Of a stretch of 64,000 bases of DNA, positions 1 to 9,647 are shown piece after piece. Both the position numbers and the translations under genes were made by a program. The stretch spans positions 124,001 through 188,000 of IMG/VR virus record IMGVR_UViG_3300031857_000010; one strand, given 5' to 3'. Under the pieces are notes generated by a model, which did no database searches, was not told the origin of the DNA, and saw nothing but the letters and a program-made list of their open reading frames with translations. Numbering within the stretch: position 1 is the stretch's first letter; each line of letters starts with the position of its first letter.

Positions 1-481
1 AAGCACACAATGGATGTAATTGAATATAATCGTCTAAATCAAAATTCCCTACTCCAATGAATGGGTAGTTGAATTCCGGACGCACAAAATTTCCAGAATA
101 AGATTGAGCAAGCATTACATTGGAACAAAATTGTTCAAAATTTAATAGCTCAGTGTTTACAAATAAAAGTTCAACAGTCTTAGTTATTTCGATTTTATTA
201 TTTTGTTTATCATCCTCATAAATAAAATATGAATCATAAACATAGCAATTCAATGTATCACTTAATTTATGATTTATTTTAAGATCGTTGTAGCAAACAA
301 ATTGATCATTGTCTAATAGTGCTGTAATTTCTTTGAGAAGCTTTTTGTCTTTTCTGTCTTTTGAATTATAAAATTGTTTAGCAAGTATGTTTCCATCTGG
401 TGCTACATTAACATTAAATATGTCAGCAACCGGAACCTCCAATTCAAGACCACTTCTTATATTAATACCTGTTAATATCAT
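1..481 (-). CDS. hypothetical protein, runs off the left edge of the window
   Basis: Manually read open frame from ATG at 481 (MILTGINIRSGLELEVPVADIF...) with no stop before position 1; overlaps the end of the 462..809 ORF. Confidence 0.6.
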   Translation of the reverse strand, partial: MILTGINIRSGLELEVPVADIFNVNVAPDGNILAKQFYNSKDRKDKKLLKEITALLDNDQFVCYNDLKINHKLSDTLNCYVYDSYFIYEDDKQNNKIEITKTVELLFVNTELLNFEQFCSNVMLAQSYSGNFVRPEFNYPFIGVGNFDLDDYIQLHPLCA

Positions 482-809
482 TTTTATTTAAGTTATTATA
501 AAGTTCTTTTTTGAAATTCTTAATTAAGAATTTCTTTTTCCCACCTTCAAATCTCAGGCAATTATCAGAATTGTCAGGATGAAAAACTATTTTGTATTTG
601 GTTCCAATCATTCCAGTGTTCTTATCAAAATAAACTATACTGTTGAAAATATCAAAATATTTTTTTGGAGACTCAATCAGTATTGGACTTTCTTTGATAT
701 TAAACCTTTCTACGAACTCATTTAATTTATAGATTAATGTTTTGTTCCAATCTGTCTGAGTGCTATACAAACAGTTTTCTTTTTTAAAACTAAAATCCCA
801 GTTATACAT
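462..809 (-). CDS. hypothetical protein
   Basis: 115 aa ORF tiling with neighbours on the minus strand. Confidence 0.6.
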   Translation of the reverse strand: MYNWDFSFKKENCLYSTQTDWNKTLIYKLNEFVERFNIKESPILIESPKKYFDIFNSIVYFDKNTGMIGTKYKIVFHPDNSDNCLRFEGGKKKFLIKNFKKELYNNLNKNDINRY

Positions 810-814
810 GTGTC

Positions 815-1096
815 TTAGAAAATATCGTCGACAAATATAGGAGTTTTTTCTCCCATATAAGCACCTTTTATATTATAGTAAAAATGTTCCAAAGCATCTT
901 CATATTCCATTTCATCATCTTCCATTAAAATGGATAAAACCTTTTTTGTAGAATATATTATAATCATTTTATCATCATCAACACCTAGTATCGCTCTCTC
1001 AAAACCATCTGCAGAAAGAAATTCTTCGTCTGGATATTTATCATAAATAGCTTGTAAATTGATGCTATCGGATAAAAGTTCATTTAAAAATGGCAT
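815..1096 (-). CDS. phage hypothetical protein
   Basis: 93 aa; ADGFERAILG...YNIKGAYMGEKTPIF resembles a recurrent small phage protein (recognition from memory). Confidence 0.6.
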   Translation of the reverse strand: MPFLNELLSDSINLQAIYDKYPDEEFLSADGFERAILGVDDDKMIIIYSTKKVLSILMEDDEMEYEDALEHFYYNIKGAYMGEKTPIFVDDIF

Positions 1097-1154
1097 AAAT
1101 AAATTTTTGAAAAATAAAGATAAGTAAAAATGTTTTGAAAAACAAAACCCCCAA

Positions 1155-1694
1155 TTATTTGGGGGTTATAATTACAAACATATTTTTACCTTCTAATTTA
1201 GGTAAGCTTTCTGGTTTACCTATATCGCTTAACGATTCTATGAATTTAAGTAGAATAAGTTCTCCTTGTTCTTTATAAACTATTTCCCTTCCTTTAAATT
1301 GTATATAAGCTTTAACTTTATCACCGTGTTCTAGAAATTTTCTTGTATTTTTTAATTTAAAATCAACATCATGTTGTTGAATGTGGGCACCAAGCTTTAC
1401 TTCTTTTAAAGTATGTTTGTTAGAGTTTTTCTTTTCTTTATCTTTTTTCTTTTTTTCATAAAGAAATTTAGAATAGTCACATACTTTACAAATTACTGGA
1501 TTAGAAGTGCTGTTGATTTCAACTAGATCAAGACCAAGTTGTTCTGATATGTTTAAAGCTTCTTGTAATGACACTATTTTACTTTCAATGTCATCACCTA
1601 TTATTCTTACTGTTTGTGAGGTAATAGCCCGGTTTATTTTAAAAAGAGGCTCTTTTGTAAATCTTTTTCTTTGAAAATTGGGATTTTGACTCAT
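1155..1694 (-). CDS. infC: translation initiation factor IF-3
   Basis: INRAI...VRII, LDLVEI...PVICKVCDYSKFLYE, KEVKLG...HDVDFK, GDKVK...FKGRE, PKLEGKNM motifs. Confidence 0.97.
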   Translation of the reverse strand: MSQNPNFQRKRFTKEPLFKINRAITSQTVRIIGDDIESKIVSLQEALNISEQLGLDLVEINSTSNPVICKVCDYSKFLYEKKKKDKEKKNSNKHTLKEVKLGAHIQQHDVDFKLKNTRKFLEHGDKVKAYIQFKGREIVYKEQGELILLKFIESLSDIGKPESLPKLEGKNMFVIITPK

Positions 1695-2104
1695 CGATTA
1701 TATTTATTTTCTTTCAATATTTCTTCATGCATAATTTCTGCAACCTCTTCGTTTATCTGCCCAATCAATGATTCAATATTAGTAGAAAATTTGTAAAATA
1801 AAAAAAGATCATCATAATCGGTTTTATAGTCATAATCGATTTCATTGTGATTAAAATCATGAAACCTTGCTTTATAAACCTTACAGATAAATACGTTTGG
1901 ATAGTTTTTGATAAAATATTCAACCTGAGTACCATTTTGGTACTGTTCCAGAACATCTTGGAGAATATTTTCATCATTGTCTTCAAAAAGACATTCCCAG
2001 TCTTCTTTGTCAAGTTGGGATAGAAATTTATTCAATTGTAAAGTATTTTTCTGTAAAAGTGTAGAATAAATTTCAGAAATATAAACCCCTTCAATAATTT
2101 TCAT
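1691..2104 (-). CDS. hypothetical protein
   Basis: 137 aa ORF directly downstream of a TGTAAC-N16-CGTT motif. Confidence 0.6.
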   Translation of the reverse strand: MKIIEGVYISEIYSTLLQKNTLQLNKFLSQLDKEDWECLFEDNDENILQDVLEQYQNGTQVEYFIKNYPNVFICKVYKARFHDFNHNEIDYDYKTDYDDLFLFYKFSTNIESLIGQINEEVAEIMHEEILKENKYNR

Positions 2105-2122
2105 ATCTTTTTTTTAAATTTA

Positions 2123-2148
2123 AACGAATTTTCTATGAAAAAGTTACA
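2123..2148 (-). promoter_or_regulatory. ECF-sigma-type promoter motif TGTAAC-N16-CGTT (copy 1)
   Basis: Plus strand aacg 2123-2126 and gttaca 2143-2148; intergenic, upstream of the 2104 start; recurs at three other gene starts. Confidence 0.65.
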
Positions 2149-2162
2149 TTTTAAATTAAAAA

Positions 2163-2693
2163 TTAGACTAAATCCCATCCAAATATTTTGCCATCTGGAC
2201 CACAATAAATTACATGGGGTTCCGGCTCAATAGTTCTTTCACCATTGATATTTCCTGTACAAATTTCCAATAATTCTTCACTAGATATTTTTTGAATTAC
2301 TACCAAGTTAAGAAATAAATTAGCTTTATAACCCCATAACTCAATTATCTCTTTTTTGCCATCTGAATACTTCTGGTTGGTTAAATTATTGAGAGATAAA
2401 AGAACAACCCCACTCTTTCTTAAGAGATAGAGTAGATTGTTTTTAAATTCAAAATCATTGATAATTTTTTTGCCTTCTAAAATGATTGTTTTTTTTCCTA
2501 ATTTTTTTATGTTCCAATCAAAAAATTCTGGGACATCATTTTTATTATCATTAGTTATTAAAGGTGATGCTGTCAAATAAGATCTATAAATTACTTTTTT
2601 TCTTATGTCTTTGAGTAATTCATTTATGTGATTGGAGAAAAAAAATTTATTCTTTCTGAAGTTTGTAAATCTATTTTTTTTGGTAAATTTCAT
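2163..2693 (-). CDS. hypothetical protein
   Basis: 176 aa ORF, start overlaps the upstream stop. Confidence 0.55.
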   Translation of the reverse strand: MKFTKKNRFTNFRKNKFFFSNHINELLKDIRKKVIYRSYLTASPLITNDNKNDVPEFFDWNIKKLGKKTIILEGKKIINDFEFKNNLLYLLRKSGVVLLSLNNLTNQKYSDGKKEIIELWGYKANLFLNLVVIQKISSEELLEICTGNINGERTIEPEPHVIYCGPDGKIFGWDLV

Positions 2694-3148
2694 TTTCTTG
2701 TCTTTTTCAAATTACAAAACCTCAGAGCTTGAGTGCTAATATCTTTGACTTTCAATCCTATTTCAATATCATAAAGAATATTTGTCATTACATAATATTT
2801 TGCTCTTTCATGAACCTCTTTATATTCTAATGGATATTGTTGTTTAATACCTATTTTTCTTAACTGAGATAAAGCATAAGATTCAGCTTGAAGTTCTTGT
2901 AGGTAATTCCATTTTTTATCATCATGATTATGTCTTATGTGACCTATTTCATGAAAAATTATATATATAGATTCGATGTCGTAAATAAATGGAATTTTTA
3001 CCAAATTCAGATGTACCCAAGCTCTTCCAACATTAGTTCTAAATTTTTTCTTATGAATTCTAATGTTATATTTTTTAATTTGCTTTTGTATTTCCTGATT
3101 AGCTTTTTTATAAATCCTTAAATCATATGTGAATAACTTAATTGACAT
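2690..3148 (-). CDS. putative zinc metallopeptidase-like protein (ImmA/IrrE-like HEXXH)
   Basis: IFHEIGH followed by ELQAESYA (HEXXH...E..A pattern). Confidence 0.55.
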   Translation of the reverse strand: MSIKLFTYDLRIYKKANQEIQKQIKKYNIRIHKKKFRTNVGRAWVHLNLVKIPFIYDIESIYIIFHEIGHIRHNHDDKKWNYLQELQAESYALSQLRKIGIKQQYPLEYKEVHERAKYYVMTNILYDIEIGLKVKDISTQALRFCNLKKTRK

Positions 3149-3149
3149 T

Positions 3150-3353
3150 TTAATCTTTGAATTTCCATATAAACCAATAAGATTTTTTTTGCTTTCCTTT
3201 ACAACATCTTAATATTGCATTTCTATCAAAACCTAACTCTCTTTGAATGACGTGTGAGTTTTTCCATTCTTTAATAAACTCTCCATTCATTTTAAATTGA
3301 AGTATTGGTTTTCTATCATAATAATTACTGTGTTTCCTAGTATATTGTGGCAC
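3150..3353 (-). CDS. NUMOD1-type small DNA-binding protein (homing-endonuclease-associated module)
   Basis: KPILQF..GEFIKEW.NS......LG.....I..CC.GK.K....F.WKF pattern. Confidence 0.75.
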   Translation of the reverse strand: MPQYTRKHSNYYDRKPILQFKMNGEFIKEWKNSHVIQRELGFDRNAILRCCKGKQKKSYWFIWKFKD

Positions 3354-3612
3354 TTTTTAATCTTTGAGTAATGATTTTTTTTGCTGATCAGAATCATTGA
3401 TTATTTCTACTTCTGATTCAAATTCAGTTGAGAAAAGTCTAATGTAAGACTTAAATCTGTTGTATTGATCTTCAGTTTTAAATTTAAATTTAATTAATTC
3501 GAAATTGATATCCAGTATTACGGTGTAGTCATCATCTTCAAGAGTCATAGAACTAATCATATGAATATTGAATGATTTATTGCCTAATTTGATAAATGGT
3601 TTGTTGTTCATT

Positions 3613-5298
3613 TTAAAATGGTAGAATTTCGTTGTTGTTCAAATCGTTGAGGAAATCAAAGGATTCATTATTATTTTTTGGACTGTTTTTCTTTTTACTT
3701 TCTTTTAAAACTTTGTGTTGTTTTTTTGCCATCTCGAAATTCGGAAAAATGTTATTTCTTAATAAAATTCCATAAATCTCGAATAAAATATGTGATTCTG
3801 GATTAGCATTAAATTTACCTTTGATTTGGTTTAAAATGAATACTAGCTTATCAGTTTCATCATATCTTTTTTGTATTTCAAGAGTATACCTTTTATTGTC
3901 TCTATGATCTAAAAAACTGTATATACAGCATCTTCCTGAATTTATTGAATTAGAGTAAGTCTTGACACAATGTTTTTGTATTTCAGATTCTATTATTAAT
4001 CTTTTTTTATCAGATATTTTTTCAATTTCGAAATTTCCTTCTGATTTAATATCGGGGTATTTCTTGAAAACTTTTATTTCTGGGATGTTTTTTGCTGTGA
4101 TATTAAAAGCAATCCTGTCATGTTCTTGGGTCAATCTATTCACTGATTTTATTTTGAGATTCAATTTTAAATTCTGCATCTCACACATATTTACATAATC
4201 ATGAATAATTTGAGAATTGGACATAGTTGGAGTAAGTTGAATTTGATTCAAAAAACTTCTATTTTCAATGTATGGGTTGATGAATTCTTTTTTGTTTTTA
4301 TCTGGGATTAGACTGCCAAACTTTACACACAAATAATCTGTAATTATAGACCTAATTGTGTTTTCAAAATATACAGGGTCTTTGCTTCTTATATCATTTC
4401 TTTTGTTTCTCTCCTCTTTTTCATTGTAAATTTCTAGATTTTCATAAATGAATTTTATTATTTTGTCTACCTCATCGTAATCTATAATATTATATAAGTA
4501 TACTACCTCACTTTTTGGAAATTTATCTAATAAAATTTTCGGTACAGGTCTATTTTTTGTTATTTTGTTTATAACATCATCAAAAGTATTTGAGTTAAAC
4601 ATAAATTTATTACTGATGTACTTTATGTCTAAAACGCTTTTTAAGAAGTTTTTATCATTATATACTTTGGATTTTTGGTGAATGGATAAAAGCATTCTGT
4701 TTATTTTATAAACATATTTTTGATAATCTCCTAAATTATAATTATATCTACTATAAGGGTTTAGAAACGCAGCGTTCTTATTTGAGACATATCTTGGCAT
4801 ATTATTATTAATGTAGAAAAGAACAAAGTTTTTTTCATTAATCATAAAATACTTATGTTTTATATGTTGAACTAAACACAAATCTCTTTTTTTGACACAT
4901 CTTATAGAACTTATGTTCGTATAATACTCTAATTTATTGTATTTTTTGGAGTACCTGAGAAAAAATTCACGTCTCCCAAGATTAAAATTACCGTTAAAAA
5001 TTTTTGATAATTCTTTTTCGCTTTTTACCTCTATTGTAAGTTTTGCTATACCTTCAAAGGTATTAAGGTCAAATTCCTTTTCGTTGATATTAAAAATAAA
5101 AGGTTTTTTATCATATTGAAGGAATCCGAAATTGTCTCTTAAAACTTTTTCTTCCTTATGGAACCAATAATAAAAATGTTCTGTCTCGTCGAAAGAATTT
5201 AAACCTTCATTTTGAATAAGAAATTCAATTAGTTCAGATTTAGAATCATCAATCCCCAATCTGGAAATAGATTGTTTACTAAAATTATTAACTGTCAT
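3613..5298 (-). CDS. PcfJ-like domain protein
   Basis: C-terminal ESEIQKHCVKTY...IYSF...RYTLEI...QIKGKFN. Confidence 0.75.
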   Translation of the reverse strand: MTVNNFSKQSISRLGIDDSKSELIEFLIQNEGLNSFDETEHFYYWFHKEEKVLRDNFGFLQYDKKPFIFNINEKEFDLNTFEGIAKLTIEVKSEKELSKIFNGNFNLGRREFFLRYSKKYNKLEYYTNISSIRCVKKRDLCLVQHIKHKYFMINEKNFVLFYINNNMPRYVSNKNAAFLNPYSRYNYNLGDYQKYVYKINRMLLSIHQKSKVYNDKNFLKSVLDIKYISNKFMFNSNTFDDVINKITKNRPVPKILLDKFPKSEVVYLYNIIDYDEVDKIIKFIYENLEIYNEKEERNKRNDIRSKDPVYFENTIRSIITDYLCVKFGSLIPDKNKKEFINPYIENRSFLNQIQLTPTMSNSQIIHDYVNMCEMQNLKLNLKIKSVNRLTQEHDRIAFNITAKNIPEIKVFKKYPDIKSEGNFEIEKISDKKRLIIESEIQKHCVKTYSNSINSGRCCIYSFLDHRDNKRYTLEIQKRYDETDKLVFILNQIKGKFNANPESHILFEIYGILLRNNIFPNFEMAKKQHKVLKESKKKNSPKNNNESFDFLNDLNNNEILPF

Positions 5299-5299
5299 A

Positions 5300-5950
5300 T
5301 TATTTCTTTTTAATTAAAATTTGATTCTTTTTATTTAAAAATCTTTTGTAAACAATTATTTGTGCTTTCCAGTCCTCTAGATCTTTTATTTCTTCAACAG
5401 TAGACCAGTAATGTCCGGAATTAATTTTATATCCAATGGTCACATCTCTCTTTACTTGCCTCAGTTTATCAACAGCTACTCCGAAAAGGTGACAAAATTC
5501 ACTCATTTTAGAGGATACTAAACATTTGCCAAGATATTCTATCTCATCAATACCAACAATAAATCCTGATTGTTTTTTCACTTCATTTATAACCAATTCT
5601 CTGATGTCATTCACATATTCATTGTTAATTGAACTAGTGAAAGCTTTTATGATAGATTTATTTATACTTGGTTGATGATCATAAGCCAAGCCTATTCTTT
5701 TTTCATCGTCAATGTTTCTAGCAAACAATACAAATGCAAAAGAGTCAATGTTTTTTCTTTCTGTATAAAAAAAATTATTTATTTTTTTCAAAGACAAAAA
5801 TTCTCCTTGAAGAACTAATTCAGAATCTTTATTATTTTCTGAAATGTGCTTTATCAGACCATCTTCACTGATGTGATTAGTTCTGAGGTTAAAATCAGTT
5901 ACATCTCTCTGTTCTGATTCAGAACCTATTAAAATACCATCGTTATTCAT
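5300..5950 (-). CDS. NUDIX-fold protein with degenerate Nudix box
   Basis: Layout like ADP-ribose pyrophosphatases (RELVINEVKKQSGF...LGKCLVSSKMSEFCHLF) but the REUXEEXG glutamates are missing. Confidence 0.45.
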   Translation of the reverse strand: MNNDGILIGSESEQRDVTDFNLRTNHISEDGLIKHISENNKDSELVLQGEFLSLKKINNFFYTERKNIDSFAFVLFARNIDDEKRIGLAYDHQPSINKSIIKAFTSSINNEYVNDIRELVINEVKKQSGFIVGIDEIEYLGKCLVSSKMSEFCHLFGVAVDKLRQVKRDVTIGYKINSGHYWSTVEEIKDLEDWKAQIIVYKRFLNKKNQILIKKK

Positions 5951-6003
5951 ATTTAATTAAATATTTGATTTGTAAAAATAATAAAAAAAAATAATAAAAA
6001 AAA

Positions 6004-6027
6004 GTCCCTCTAAAAAAATAGAGGGAC
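6004..6027. terminator. intrinsic terminator hairpin
   Basis: GTCCCTCTA-aaaaaa-TAGAGGGAC flanked by A/T runs, just past the OmpA gene end. Confidence 0.8.
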
Positions 6028-6047
6028 CTTTAATTTTAATTAAAATA

Positions 6048-7193
6048 TTATTTAATTAAGTATACGATTGATTTTCTATTCTCTGCATCTGTAGGCATTA
6101 TTGCATCATTTTCATCGTGAAGCTTGATATCAATTAATTCTTTGGGTACTCCAATATTTATTAAATATTCCATGATTTGATTGGAACGTCTCTCAACAAT
6201 AATTCTATTGTTTTCTGGGCTTCCTATTGTGTCTGTAAAAGATTCAATTACTAATCTTGTATTTTTTCTATTTATGGCTTCTAAAGATATATTTTGTAAT
6301 TTGTAATGATATAGAATGGGTAATTTATGTTTATTGAAATCATAATAGATTGTAACTTTTGCATTAGAGAATGTAATTGAATCCATTTTAATGGAATCAT
6401 TCATTAAATTAGAGATTGTATTTTGTGATTCTAATTTAGTAGAATCTGTAGTTGGAATTTTTTGCACGATTACGACAGTATCAACTCTATTTGGAATTCT
6501 TGAAGGAGTTGGTCTGGGATCATGCCATTCAAGCTCTCTATGAAAACTCTTTCCAATTGAATAACTAATACCAATTGAAAATCTAGAGTAATTATCATAG
6601 TTAGTCAAACTATTTTCATAACCATCTAATTTATCTCCATTAACACTATTGTAAGAGTATTCTAAATTAGCAGTAAAATCAGGAGCGATATGATATTTTA
6701 TACCTACTCCAACTGGAATTACTTGATAATTACCTTTGAAGGATGTGTTTAATTCTGGTCGCAATGAATTTTGTGATTGAGATGTGTAATTAAGCACACC
6801 ATATCCTAAATACCCATAAAGTTGAAAGTTTTTTAATTCATCAAAATATCTTACATTGCCAGTTTGAGCAATAAGTAAAATTGAGGGTTGATAGTTTATT
6901 TTACTTTCATAACTCCACTTTCCATCATCTCCAGATAGTTTGGAATTATACAAGTCAAATGCTACTACAAAATTGTTTGAAATAAATTTATTTAATCTTA
7001 ATCCATATCCTAAATTCATGGATGTTTTAGAATAAAATGGAGTATTTTTTGCAATATCTCCGTTCCCAATATTGGAATTAATGTTTCCTTGAACAGACCA
7101 AGTTTTAAAATCTTTTAAGGTGAGCTTTCTTGTTTGAGCAATACCTGCTAAACAAAATAAAGTTAGAGCAAGTGTAATAATAGTTTTTTTCAT
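6048..7193 (-). CDS. OmpA-family outer membrane protein (N-terminal beta-barrel, C-terminal OmpA-like domain)
   Basis: Signal peptide; alternating aromatic beta strands and DKLDG motif; C-terminal IYYDFNK...FTDTIGSPENNRIIVERRS. Confidence 0.8.
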   Translation of the reverse strand: MKKTIITLALTLFCLAGIAQTRKLTLKDFKTWSVQGNINSNIGNGDIAKNTPFYSKTSMNLGYGLRLNKFISNNFVVAFDLYNSKLSGDDGKWSYESKINYQPSILLIAQTGNVRYFDELKNFQLYGYLGYGVLNYTSQSQNSLRPELNTSFKGNYQVIPVGVGIKYHIAPDFTANLEYSYNSVNGDKLDGYENSLTNYDNYSRFSIGISYSIGKSFHRELEWHDPRPTPSRIPNRVDTVVIVQKIPTTDSTKLESQNTISNLMNDSIKMDSITFSNAKVTIYYDFNKHKLPILYHYKLQNISLEAINRKNTRLVIESFTDTIGSPENNRIIVERRSNQIMEYLINIGVPKELIDIKLHDENDAIMPTDAENRKSIVYLIK

Positions 7194-7195
7194 GA

Positions 7196-7603
7196 TTAAA
7201 GTTTTATAAATGCGTATGGTTTGGTTTTATTTTTTAAGCAACTTTCGTTTGTATGTAAACAATTTTCAAGATCTCTAGAATTCTTTTCACAAGCAGGACA
7301 TATAGTCGAAAACTCTAGTTTATCTCTCGAAATTTCCATTTTATTCTCTAATTCTAAATTGACGTTGTAAACCTCAATAATAGGAAAAAAACAGTTTTCA
7401 ACTTTTACATCTATAATTTGATTTTTATGAATAACCTTAACAAATTGATTATCACTACTAAAATTATCAACAATTCCCTCTAATATTGTGTTATCAGAAC
7501 CATCTTCGAAAAATATTTTATCATCTAAAAATATATTTCTAGAACACAAATAAGGAGTCATATTATCTCCTATAAAATGTTTTATTATTATAAACTTTTC
7601 CAT
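7196..7603 (-). CDS. hypothetical protein
   Basis: 135 aa ORF with C-terminal CPAC motif. Confidence 0.55.
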   Translation of the reverse strand: MEKFIIIKHFIGDNMTPYLCSRNIFLDDKIFFEDGSDNTILEGIVDNFSSDNQFVKVIHKNQIIDVKVENCFFPIIEVYNVNLELENKMEISRDKLEFSTICPACEKNSRDLENCLHTNESCLKNKTKPYAFIKL

Positions 7604-7665
7604 ATTTTAAAGCAGAAACGAAAATAATAAAAAAAATTAAATTATAAAATTATAATTATTATTTT

Positions 7666-8079
7666 TTATTTTATTAGAAAATAATACATTAAAAACAATT
7701 GAGCAAAATGGAGTAATTGATCAAATCCAATTACAACAAAAAAATCATGAGTTTTTTCTTCTTGCCATAATTTTTTGGTTAATCGACTTGTAAAATAATC
7801 TGTAAAAAAATGAAATATAAAAGTTAAAACAAAAACATCAATTGCATTTATTTTACCGGCAGGTATATTAGCAATCAAAGGGAAAGCCAGAACACAATCG
7901 AATAAAAAAACCCAACAAATTGTTGTAAGAAGAGAGTAGTTAAATACATGTTCTGCAAGATATTTATTACTTGTACTTTTATTTGTTGCTTGATCTTGTG
8001 TTTGCAAGATAAAATCTGAAACAAAATGAACCGAAAGTATTGAAAATATTATTTGAAGATTGAAAATTTGATCATTCAT
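7666..8079 (-). CDS. DUF3307-family membrane protein
   Basis: HFVSDFILQ...HFFTD...GFDQLLH with hydrophobic helices. Confidence 0.85.
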   Translation of the reverse strand: MNDQIFNLQIIFSILSVHFVSDFILQTQDQATNKSTSNKYLAEHVFNYSLLTTICWVFLFDCVLAFPLIANIPAGKINAIDVFVLTFIFHFFTDYFTSRLTKKLWQEEKTHDFFVVIGFDQLLHFAQLFLMYYFLIK

Positions 8080-8642
8080 TTTTCGACTCTTTTAAATCAT
8101 TTCCTTTATTAAAATACTTTTCCCAATAGATATCAAAAAAATAATCAAAGCTGTTTCTTAATTCTTTGTATTTCTCTTCGTTTCCTTCTTCAAAAATTTT
8201 ATCTGATATTTTATTAAGTATTGAATGCGAAAGTTTCAATTCCTTAAGGTAAGTTTCACAATAGTGGCCTTCCGGACTTTGTTTACATACTGTTGCAGAA
8301 CAACATCCATCTTCGCCACAACCACTACAAACTGGACAATATGGAGAATGTTCTTTTTCTATATTTTGTAAATCTAAATTCATACTAATCTATCACATAT
8401 TTTGAGTAAAATATTTTCTTCTTCAACAGTAAGTTGGTGTCTATTAATTTTCAATTTATCTAAAGAATTTTCCCATTCATTATCTTTAGTTGATTTTTTG
8501 TTATCAATAACGTTCTGATCTAAATGTCCATCCTCTCTCAAACATTGTATAATGTAATCAACATCCCTTTTACTGCAATTCGATAAAAACTCATCAATAT
8601 CAATGTCAACATCTAAGGTGATCCAGCTCATATTATTTTTTT

Positions 8643-9641
8643 TTATACTGTTAAGGGACTTTTACTAAACTCTATTTTAATTCCTTCACCTTCTAATTCA
8701 GAAATTAAATACATACAGAAATCTTCTGAAGAGGCAAATTTTTTCAAACTACCTTTGTAATTTAGTTTAAAGATACCTATTTCCTCTAATATATCTAATT
8801 TGTTTATTATTAAATGATTTACTCCATTAATTTTCATCCCCATTTTAACAACATCAAGATCCATCCAATTTATTTGTCTTGGTCTTCCGGTTGTTGCACC
8901 ATATTCATTGCCCAATTCTCTAATATTTTCAAATATTTCTTCATCACCTTCAAAGTTTTTGCTTCCAACATATGTTGCATAAACTTTAGCAATTCCTATT
9001 GTGTTGCGTATGTATTTAGGTGGAACTCCATTTAATATTGCACCTCCAACAGTACAATGAGAACTAGTTACATAAGGATAATCCCCCCAATCAATATCTA
9101 ATTCAAAACCTTGAGCTCCTTCAAAAAGAATTTTTACTTCCTTATCTCCGTAAAATTCTTTATAAGTATCAATCACAAATTCTTGAAGTTCGGGGATATC
9201 TCCAGCCCTTGTTCCTTTGCGAGAATACTTATCACGATATGCAGGACCATTTCCTTTTTTGGTGGTTCCTATTTTATTTTCAGATAATTCTTCAAACAAA
9301 TGTTCATCAGTAATTACATGTGTCCTTTTGTCAATACGAAGATATTTTCTTACTTCCAATCCTTTTGATTCTATTTCTTGAATTTCTTTAAATAGGTCTT
9401 TGACATTTACTACACATCCAACCCCTATAACACTTTTTAAACCATATGCAAATCCAATAGGAATATAATGTGTTACAATTTTTTGGCCTTTATGGTAAAC
9501 TGTATGTCCAGCATTTCCTCCTCCGTTATATCTAACAACGTGAGTGTATTCATCTTCTTTTGAAGCAAGAAAATGTGCAACTTTTCCTTTACCAGTATCA
9601 CCAGCTTGAAGGTCTACAATAATATCTGCGTATTTTATCAT
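8643..9641 (-). CDS. purA: adenylosuccinate synthetase (short form)
   Basis: GDTGKGK, RYNGGGNAGHT, GTTKKGNGPAY.DK, FEGAQG, YPYVTSS, GATTGRPR, NKLD. Confidence 0.92.
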   Translation of the reverse strand: MIKYADIIVDLQAGDTGKGKVAHFLASKEDEYTHVVRYNGGGNAGHTVYHKGQKIVTHYIPIGFAYGLKSVIGVGCVVNVKDLFKEIQEIESKGLEVRKYLRIDKRTHVITDEHLFEELSENKIGTTKKGNGPAYRDKYSRKGTRAGDIPELQEFVIDTYKEFYGDKEVKILFEGAQGFELDIDWGDYPYVTSSHCTVGGAILNGVPPKYIRNTIGIAKVYATYVGSKNFEGDEEIFENIRELGNEYGATTGRPRQINWMDLDVVKMGMKINGVNHLIINKLDILEEIGIFKLNYKGSLKKFASSEDFCMYLISELEGEGIKIEFSKSPLTV

Positions 9642-9647
9642 ATTTTT

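Noticed and set aside
8643-9641. PurZ / 2-aminoadenine (Z-genome) pathway
   Set aside because: The catalytic Asp is retained (GDTGKGK, where PurZ has Ser) and a GTP-type NKLD motif is present; no datZ/mazZ-like partner recognised nearby
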